DNA from: Seison nebaliae
Taxonomy: Eukaryota
Assembly (NCBI GenBank): GCA_023231475.1
Contig: JALJEE010002922.1
Span: 44,487-64,486, forward strand
Reading direction: 5' to 3'
DNA length: 20,000 bases
The translations under genes and the position numbers were made by a program. Positions 11,664 through 20,000 of this stretch are shown here, piece by piece; position 1 is the first letter of the stretch; the number at the start of each line of letters is the position of its first letter. The notes beneath the pieces are model-generated. The model was not told the DNA's origin, searched no databases, and saw only the letters and a list, made by a program, of their open reading frames with translations.

Positions 11664-13162
11664 ATGAGTGATCATGGATTATATCCAGCTGTTCAAATGT
11701 ACTCAGCCACCACTGTGGCGAGTTCATCTGTGTATGACGGTGGCTATTACGGTGCAGTATATAACAGTTCACATTTTAAATTTTGTTAAGCTACATTTTT
11801 TTCAGATGACATTGATTCAATCGGAAACAATAAAGAAGATACATCAACAATAGGTGAAATAACGTCTGAAACTGATTCATACTACGATGATTTGTGTGAG
11901 ACGTACATATTCTACAGTAAGGGTATGGAAATCGACAATGGCTTACTCTTCAACAAATACCAAACACTGAAAGTGCTATGTGATAAACTTTATAGATGTT
12001 CTGCCCTTTTACATAAACTAAACAAACGTCAATATCCACCCGAATATATGAAGCCTCCTACAAATGTACCACCGAACGTGGAAGAATGTCCTCATCAAGT
12101 TCCGATTATGTGCGAAACACAACCGATTAGTTAACACCAACTTGAAATTATTTAATTTATATTTGTGATAGATATGGAAAAAATTCGACAGTTCTATATT
12201 ACCAATTGTTCTATACTAGGAGGTATGAAAAAGAAGAAAGGATCGTTATTAAAACAAAAAGATTCTATTATGACGAGAGATATCCCAATAGAACGTGTAG
12301 CTTCAAGTAGTTTAGAAAATTTGGTAGGGAAAGTTAGCGAGGATGACCAGGATAAGATTAACCATACTAATGAATTGTACAAAATTCAAATTGTACTTTT
12401 GGAATTAACTTGTAAGAAGTTCTTGTTAGAGTTATGTTTGATTACTTTCGATATACGACATTTGAATGATGAAGAAAGGTTAATGAAATGATCACAATTT
12501 ATAATCTCCCTAAAAATTTTCTTAGGCTTTTTTATCGTCCCATTTTAGTGGATTTGGAAAATCTCCGAAAACTTGTCTTATGGAAGAGTTCGATAGACGA
12601 ACAACTGTTACTCGACCAACATGTGGAAGAGCAAAGATTTGGAGAAGAGAATGAAAATGAAGAATATTCAGATGAAAAAAGAACTGGAGAAGAAAAGTCG
12701 GTTGAAAAAAAGTCTGAAGAAAAAAAGTCTGATGAAAAAAAAACCAATAAAAAAAATTCGACGGCTTCAGGAGAAAATAGCGCTGTAACTAAATTGGAAT
12801 TATATTTCGAGAATCAGGAATCGTTCTTTTTCAATCATTATTCAGCGGAAATTCCAAATACCAGAACAGTTGTGCAAACCGCAGATCCGAATGTAGAACT
12901 CGACCCGACAATTGATCGATGTGTAGATGGAATATATCGTTTGTTAACAATGATATCTGAAGAATCGATATTTGTCCCACCGAAAACAGAGTCAGAATAT
13001 CCGATGGTAGTTTCAAACAAAATAGTGCCAATGTTGTATGGAATTGTGGAGAAAATTTTTAATACATTGCCACATGACCCAATTGGATTTTTGGCTGATC
13101 AATTGGAGGTAGAATTATTGAGATCGGAAAAAGAGGAAATTAAAAGCGAAGCTGCCACTTAG
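11664..13162 (+). CDS. Uncharacterised protein with C-terminal Dpy-30/RIIa-like dimerisation-docking motif (4 exons)
   Basis: ATG 11664 (MSDHGLYPAV). Introns 11767-11805, 12130-12171 and 12479-12525 (all GTT..AG) join the ORF pieces in frame. C-terminal KIVPMLYGIVEKIFNTLPHDPIGFLADQL fits the Dpy-30 motif VxPxL..G........PxDPIxFLAxYL. Confidence 0.75.
12671..12745 (+). repeat. Five imperfect 15-nt coding tandem repeats (xEKK[S/T])
   Basis: gatgaaaaaagaact / ggagaagaaaagtcg / gttgaaaaaaagtct / gaagaaaaaaagtct / gatgaaaaaaaaacc. Confidence 0.8.
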
Positions 13163-13234
13163 ATTTGCATGCACATGAATTTTTCTCATTGACATTTTTT
13201 CTTCACAATTTTCAATTGTTCAGTAATATCGAAA

Positions 13235-13827
13235 ATGGATTTTGAGTGGTTAAAGTCAACAGATTTATCTTTAGCTTTTCAAATGTTTTCCGAAGTTTTT
13301 TTTCTTTTATTCATTTCCTTCTTCAATTTTTCTTTTAGTTGCAATTTGATGTCATAACAATCTCATTAGTTATATTTCATGTTCTACTCATTTCAACTAT
13401 TTATCGATTGCGTCATCACGCATATTGTCTATTTAGTATATTCGTATTCAATTGTTTATTATTCACATTATTAATTTGTTTCAATTCGATTAAAATCTTT
13501 TCTTTTTATTTTTCTTTACAAACAAATTTTTTTCCTTCAAATACGAACCAGGCACCATCGTCATAATGGGAGAATATATTAATGAATTTCTTGCTAATCT
13601 GTCGTTAAGAAATTTTAAGGAGAACTATTTCGATAATTATGGTGCTTTCTATACATTCTCCCTGACAATTCCATTACTCTTGCAATCGATGATAATTCTT
13701 GTTTAATTTTATTAATTCAACTTCTTTTCAATAACCCTCTCATTTTATTTAGTTCTGCTTATTCCAAATCATTATAGGATCATTACGAAAATTGAATGTA
13801 TTGAAAAGTAGAGAAAAAAATGAATAA
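13235..13827 (+). CDS. TMEM18: Transmembrane protein 18 (4 exons: 13235-13294, 13339-13453, 13552-13700, 13753-13827)
   Basis: Spliced product MDFEWLKSTDLSLAFQMFSE|LQFDVITISLVIFHVLLISTIYRLRHHAYCLFSIFVFNC|TIVIMGEYINEFLANLSLRNFKENYFDNYGAFYTFSLTIPLLLQSMIIL|FCLFQIIIGSLRKLNVLKSREKNE. It matches TMEM18 hallmarks: FH, EYINE, YFDxxG, PLL..MII and a basic tail. Confidence 0.88.
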
Positions 13828-13833
13828 ATTAGA

Positions 13834-16800
13834 TTAATATTCAATCGGTTTCTCATTCGATTTCTGTAACCACCAAACAAATTATTAATAATTAAATTAA
13901 TTTAAATTAACTCCATTTAATAAATGTTCATCTGTCACTTTATTATTTCCCATTAACCAGAAAGTTGTCATTTGACCCAATCCTCTTACTTCAATTTTGT
14001 TTCTCGGTTTTATTACAAAATGATCTCGTTTGTGTAATTGTCTTGATGGGAGGAAAGAAGAAATTGGAAAATTTCATTACGAAACAAAAAAAACTTTTGG
14101 AAATCTTCGCTAATTTGTATGCGATTTGGTAAGCCATGACTTTCTAACCGTGCGGCTACCGTACAGGTCTTCCCAATGATTAACAGTCGAGCAATACCTC
14201 GATATTTTACGATGGACGCACCAACCTTCCCATAATGTATTCCAATACGGATCTTAATTGATAATCTAAAATTAAATCAATTTTAAAGATAAGAACTTGA
14301 ATTTTATTGAAGAGATTTATTCCTTTGGCAACAACCAACATTCCCAGAGCCATGTTAGCCAATCGATCACAAGTCGTTTCACTTCCACTGTAGCCCAATC
14401 CAGCCACAATTGAACATGCATCACCTATCGTTTCCACCTGAACAAAAAATAACTAGAAAGTTCGTAAATGAAAAAATAACTCGAAAAACGTTATGAATTA
14501 AACACATTCGATCATATTCGGTGTATATTTGATTAAGTAATTTTGAGATTTTTAAAGGAGAATTCTCCTCCACTAATTTCGAGAAGCCGACGATATCGCT
14601 AAATAAAACTGCAACATTATCATGTTGAGTGTTGGAGAATTTATCGAAAAAATGAGCGTCTTTTTGAAATTGTTTCCATAAATGTCCTGGAAGAAATGAC
14701 GATACTAATAAATCGTAATGTTTCTCAACGTCTGTTGATTGCATTCGATTTCCAAAATTTCCGTCATATTCAACTCCTCGTCGCAATTTATCGTAATCTT
14801 GAGAAGATAGAAACATTTCACCTTTGATTGCTGAAATGAATGTAAAATATTTTTATCATTTTCCGCACTAACATGAATTTTTGAAATCGATGATCGAAGT
14901 TGCACTTCTTTTTGGGGTTCTCGGTCGTTGAGCGTCAATAATCAAACTATCCAAAGCTTGTGATGTAAGAAGGGTCTGTATTCCTTCATTATTCTGATTC
15001 TCTAACTCTTTTTTCTTCCGAACACTTTCATCAAATATATTATTAATCATGTCTTTGGGCATATTTGATCCACACAAAAAATTTGGGGGCGACAAATTCA
15101 TTCCTAAAATCTCTCCACTTTTATTACAATCGATAAATTGCTTTAGTGGTGATCGATTTCCAATTTCTAAGAAACGTTATCGTATCTACATAAAATTTTT
15201 TACTAACGTGCTAATTGTACAGGAGATAATTCAGCAAAGATATCATCTAAAAAATGAGAATGAAAATGGAAAAAAGAAGAAATGAATTTAAACTTCCAAA
15301 ATTTAAACTATTCGCATCGGCATATTTTAGAACTCTCTGATCTTTTTCACGACCGGTAAAGTTTGCAGATTTCCATGCATTTTTCATTCCGTACGAGAAT
15401 GGACATCCATTCACTTCTCCAACACTTTCCATCGCTGATTCATTTCCCATCGCATTAGATAGATTCATAAGAATGAAATCTCTGGTAACATCATGAATTG
15501 GAAGATCATGAAACGTTAAATTTGTTATGAACAAATCAGCCAATGATCGAACGATGGGAGAGATGAGTAACATGATGGCATCAAAATCAGGTTTCAATTG
15601 AATGATGTGACATCGTAACAGTAGAGGATGCATGTAATTTTTGATTGAAATGATGAAAGTGGATTGATGAAATTTTAATAAATTACCTGAAGTAAATTTC
15701 AGATTTGGAGGATAATGGACATTAAAATATTCCTCCAAATCGATATTCCTTCCTTTTAATCTAAGATCTGGTATGACATTTTGCATAATATTACCAGCTT
15801 GTAAACAATTGAATTTCTCCACTCCAATCACCATATGATATGGAAATATTGTACATGCCAATTCAGATGAAATAAACCTCTCCACTGGATACTGATATCT
15901 TAAAGCTTTCTTATTCATGACGGCCAGTCTCGCTACAGCTTTCCATTTCGCTCGATAAACCCCACCTTTTTTCGCTTTCCATTCTTTCATTTGAGCAATC
16001 TTCTCCTTCACTTTCCGTACGTCATCCAATTTTAATTGTTGTTCATAATTACGACATGTTTGCGCTACAAATGTTGGTGGTGCCATCGCTTTTTTCAATG
16101 GAACAATTTTCACTTGCCAAATTACATGTTCTTGAATATTCTTATTCGATTCACTTTCACATTCCTCCTTCGTTTGTGAGTGAAGAGTCATCTCTACACC
16201 TTTATTGTGGAATCGTCGTGCCACTTCTTCTAAGATTCCTGAGAAATGAGATTTAAGAAAACAGGAAAAAACAATATGGAAATTTTACCGTTTATCATAA
16301 AATGAAGATTTTCATAATGGGAAAAATAGTGAAGGAAGAAGTTATCTTCACTACTTTTACTCAAATCCACATGAAATGATGGAGTATTCAATTTTTGTTT
16401 ACCAAAACAACTGGCAGAATAAAAATGAATTGAATCGATATTTTGACAGAATTCCATCATATTTTTTCCCAACAACTTCAAAAATAATGCATATCCAAAT
16501 TTTATTAATAACGACACATAAAATTGTCCACAGATTCTTAGTAATTTCTCTCGTTTAATCGCTTAAAAAACTAAATTGAATAGTTGGAGAATCGAAAAAC
16601 CAACATAATCCATCACCGATGATTCTGATGGTTTTCTCCAAATTGACATCGCTCAAGAATTGATTGGCAGAAGAGATTTCGTTCAAATTAAAATTTCCTC
16701 TGTTTTAATCAAAATTTATCAATTTTTCATTTTCATGTTATTTAACTTTAATTCATTAAATTTCTCAGGACCATATTGTCGGAGAACGAATTCTTGAAGA

Positions 16801-16870
16801 AAGAATGGAATATAAGCGAACTAGGAGATATAATTCTTATGAAATTCATTAGACAAAATTTATTAACCAT
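13834..16870 (-). CDS. Atypical soluble guanylate cyclase subunit (H-NOX + PAS/HNOBA + class III cyclase domain), about 12 exons
   Basis: A 3-nt first coding exon ATG (16870-16868) is followed by FAYIPFFLQEFVLRQYGPEKFNELK (~sGC beta [26 protein letters not shown]). Further matches: FCQNIDSIH, PSF, LHYFS; FPYHMVI and DLPIHDVTRDFIL (PAS); VAVLFSDIVGF, VETIGDA, IRIGIHYG, ARLESHGLPNRIQISE, IEVRGLGQMTTFWL (cyclase). The stop is at 13834 if last intron 13864-13911 is spliced, otherwise at 13897. Confidence 0.92.
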
Positions 16871-17073
16871 ATCACTTGATTCGAAATAAGAATTTCTCAA
16901 TGTTAATTGGAAGAGAATTCTTTTGAAAATAAAACAAAACGGAATGACGAAAGAAAACGGAATAATGGAATTTATAGACGAACGGACAAAAACAAAAGAA
17001 AATCGAAAAAAAAATCTCGAAAATCGGTTTATCTTAAATGATTAGCAATTACAAATAAATTGAGTAATTAGTT

Positions 17074-17862
17074 TTAGTTAATATTATATTTGGAAATATC
17101 GACGTCTTCTGATGATTTATAATCTTCGTCATTCAATTCGAATTGTCGATGAACATCGTTCACTTCACATTCAATTATTTTCATTTTCTTTTTTGGAGTA
17201 CCTTGTTTCGATAAAGGAATTTCTCCTAATTCTCGTAAGAAATCCATTCCTTCCAACACTTTACCAAACACCACATGTTTGTTGTCCAACCAACGTGCTT
17301 TATTCAATAGAATAAAAAATTGACATCCATTAGTGTCCTTGCCATGATTGGCCATCGAAAGAATGCCTGGTGCACCATGACTCAGAAAGAAATTCTCATC
17401 AACAAACTTATCCCCATAAATACTAATGCCTTGAAAATACATTTTAAAATAAAATAATATGACAAAAAAATAAAACTTCCAGTTCCATCACTTTTGAGCA
17501 CGTCTCCTAATTGTAGAACGAAATCGGGAACGATACGATGAATCAACGTATTCTTATACCAAAGTTTACGCTAAAAATATACTTTTCTTCAATTTCATTC
17601 AAATAAAAAGCAAAACTTGATTTCCTCTTTGATAGCCAGTTGTTAATGATTTAAAATTGAGTACGGTCATTGGAACGGTTTTTCCGAATAAACCGATTTT
17701 CAATGTTCCTCTTAAATCTTCACCTTTTTCCGGATAATCAGTAACTTCGATTTCAAAAGAAGCTAAATCCGTTACCGTTTTATTACCATATTCGACCGCC
17801 ACTATTTCTTTAATTAAAATTAAGAGAAATGGGAGGAAGATAGATATTGATTTTGGTACCAT
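17074..17862 (-). CDS. Cyclophilin-type peptidyl-prolyl isomerase with signal peptide (cyclophilin B/C-like); introns 17571-17616 and 17430-17476
   Basis: Hydrophobic N-terminus, [79 protein letters not shown]. Equivalents of CypA R55, F60, Q63, N102, F113, W121 and H126 are present. Confidence 0.95.
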
Positions 17863-17962
17863 TTTCTAAAATTAGTTTGATGGAAAGGAATTGAATGAAA
17901 AGATAAAAAATGAATTGTAAAATTTATAAAGAAATATAAATAGATAACTTTCTCGTACCAGA

Positions 17963-17970
17963 TGACGTCA
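17963..17970. promoter_or_regulatory. Perfect CRE palindrome TGACGTCA in the divergent region between cyclophilin and the next gene
   Basis: Exact TGACGTCA at 17963-17970, with a half-site TGACGT followed by ATTGG (inverted CCAAT) about 30 nt downstream. Function is not demonstrated. Confidence 0.3.
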
Positions 17971-18472
17971 ATATGGTGGACATGGAAGGTATGACGTTGA
18001 TTGGAATGAAAGTTGAAGAATGGCACTCGAGAAATGAATTGTCGTAAAGATTATCAACGAGCGATGGCAGATGGCTTGAAGTACTTTCGTAGCATAAACT
18101 CTTTATTGAGTGAATTTTTAATGAAGAAAATTCCGTCATATTTTTATGACCAATAAATTGAAGAATGTTCTATATAAAAATGATGAATTGAAAGTTATTC
18201 TTCTCAAAAGGAAAAAAAAGTAAGTGCGAAAGAAACGAAGAAGATTCAGGATATTTACGATGAATTTATGTTTCTCAAATGGTTCGTTGAAGAAATTTAT
18301 AAGAAATAAATGTTTTGATACTTTTTGATAATCATAAATTTATTGGAATTATCCAATTATTCCATCGTATTTCATTCTCTTTCAATTGAATTATTCATTT
18401 TTCCAATTATAAAAATTTTAATTTCAAAACTGTAAAATTTTTAATTTTTTGAAAACAAGATCTGGAATTTAG

Positions 18473-20000
18473 ATGATTCTTTTTTTCATTTTAATTAGTT
18501 TTTTTGAAACTTATGGAGTCTATGGACAATTACCATCACTCAACACGGATGAAGATATCTTATCTAATTTTCAGTATTTGGATAAGACGTCGATGTTCGA
18601 TTCGAAATTATATTCGAAAATTACAATTAACGAATCGACATATCTAACTGACGAAATTGACAAATGCAAAAGAAATTCATCTTATTATTCGAAGGAAGAA
18701 TTTTTAGATGATTATATTTATCAATTTATCCGAAACAGTCGATATGGTGAAGATATTTATAGGAAACCGATTTATTTAGATTCTTTCAATCTAATCGATT
18801 TATTTGATGCCCATTTAACATTCTCCAATATCATTTCTTATCCTAATTATTTACATCAACATCTTTTTCAAATCCAATACAAAATGTCAATGATCTTATC
18901 CAAATCATTCAATGAAGAACAAATCAAATATGAAGAGAATCAAATTACCAATTTAATTATTCAATGGAATAAATCAATTTTTAGAGAGTATAATAATCTT
19001 ATGAACCGAACTTACTTGATGAATGATCTCCAATTTAAATTGAAAATCATTAAATGGATTTCACGTGATTGGATTATTATAAATTATTTATTAGAAGAAT
19101 ATCATGAAAATATCCACAAAAGTTAATGATTTCTCCACTTCTTTCATTTACTTCATTTTTTCTTTTCACCCAAGATTTTTGGAATGAGTTAGAAGATTTA
19201 ATCAAAGAGAATGAATTGAAATCTTTGTCCATGCTTCACATCCAAGCTATCGAACTATTAATGACGACGGGAGAATATTTTTCCAGGAACAATATAATCG
19301 ACTTCTACCAAAAACATTTAACTCGAAGTCATCCTCCATTTATCCTTCATTTATCCTTCATTTATCTTTCATTTATTTTATTTTATTCATTTTTTCCAGA
19401 TGATATGCTCACCGTAACCTACATGTATTATCTCCACCATCGATATGATCGTGTGATTACCATATTGGACACAATAACCATATTCGACGAAGAAGTAAAG
19501 TTAGAAAAATATCTCATTCTCGTTTGGAAAACTGAATGAAATTTTAGAAATTATTTAGATATTGTAAGAAACTTACTCAATTCAACTGCTTTTTCTACAG
19601 TAAATCAACTCAAGTTGATAGATGATGATTTGGAGGAATTGATAATATCTCCGAATATTAACTCTCCTAATTTGAATATCTTCTCCTTAATAAATTTGAT
19701 AGAAATGGGAGAGGAGGATATCAAGAAATTTTCCATTTTAAATAAAAAAGTTAATTTTTGATCGATCAATTCAAATTCGAATTTTCATTTAGCGAATTCT
19801 CAAATTAGAACGAAATGGTTAAATTTTCCATTTTTCTGAACTTATATAAATATTATCAGTTCAGAAAATGCCTTTCACAAAGAAGACATCTTGTCTCAAT
19901 GGCAAATTCGAGAAGACGAATTAACGAAGTACAAATATTTCTCTTTATGTCAATCTCGACTAGAAGTTTCTTTCATTTCCTAAAAATTCTCAAATTTCGT
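18473..20000 (+). CDS. Uncharacterised signal-peptide protein, multi-exon, 3' end outside the window
   Basis: Hydrophobic start MILFFILISFFETYGVYG. The frame continues through introns with donors near 19122 (GTTAAT), 19328 (GTCATC), 19500 (GTTAGA), 19750 (GTTAAT), 19818 (GTTAAA) and 19966 (GTTTCT). No family recognised with confidence. Confidence 0.65.

Noticed and set aside
13880..13912. TAATTAAATTA paired-homeodomain (P3)-like site
   Set aside because: Lies in an almost pure A/T intron or 3' region where such matches arise by chance.
12194..17315. ORFs 12194-12382, 12532-12747, 12831-13031, 12838-13020, 15049-15285, 16056-16256, 16376-16558 and 17112-17315
   Set aside because: Antisense to well-supported genes; short and without motifs.
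1..20000. Alternative genetic code (stop reassignment) explaining the short ORFs
   Set aside because: Conserved proteins translate correctly with the standard code, and internal stops fall inside introns.
1..20000. CRISPR arrays, tRNA/rRNA/snRNA genes, transposase or reverse-transcriptase ORFs
   Set aside because: No regularly spaced repeats, recognisable structured-RNA motifs, terminal repeats or mobile-element domains seen by eye.
1..20000. Assigning a species (the style recalls compact spiralian genomes such as syndermatans)
   Set aside because: Phox2 and sGC indicate an animal, but the taxon cannot be established without a database search.

Overview
This is a very compact, AT-rich, intron-dense animal genomic window that reads with the standard genetic code; no prokaryotic features were seen. 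Manual splicing resolves nine protein-coding genes: (1) a very large Na+/K+-ATPase alpha-like P-type ATPase with degenerate catalytic motifs (minus strand, 7056 to <1); (2) a tetraspanin; (3) Elongin C; (4) a Phox2 homeobox gene; (5) a protein with a C-terminal Dpy-30 motif; (6) TMEM18, which the ORF track misses; (7) an atypical H-NOX soluble guanylate cyclase subunit; (8) a secretory cyclophilin; (9) the 5' part of an unknown signal-peptide protein. The strongest unexplained pattern is the splice code. About 45 of the 49 introns I reconstructed (mostly about 35-60 nt) begin GTT, none begins with the usual GTRAG, and positions +4 to +6 are degenerate, suggesting lineage-specific 5' splice-site recognition. 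Also notable are the intact P-type ATPase lacking all catalytic and ion-binding residues, 72-79 nt spacers with acceptor-like AGs just before start codons (possible operon/trans-splicing), and one outlier 564-nt intron. All gene models and alignments were made by eye against remembered family consensus sequences; no database search was run.
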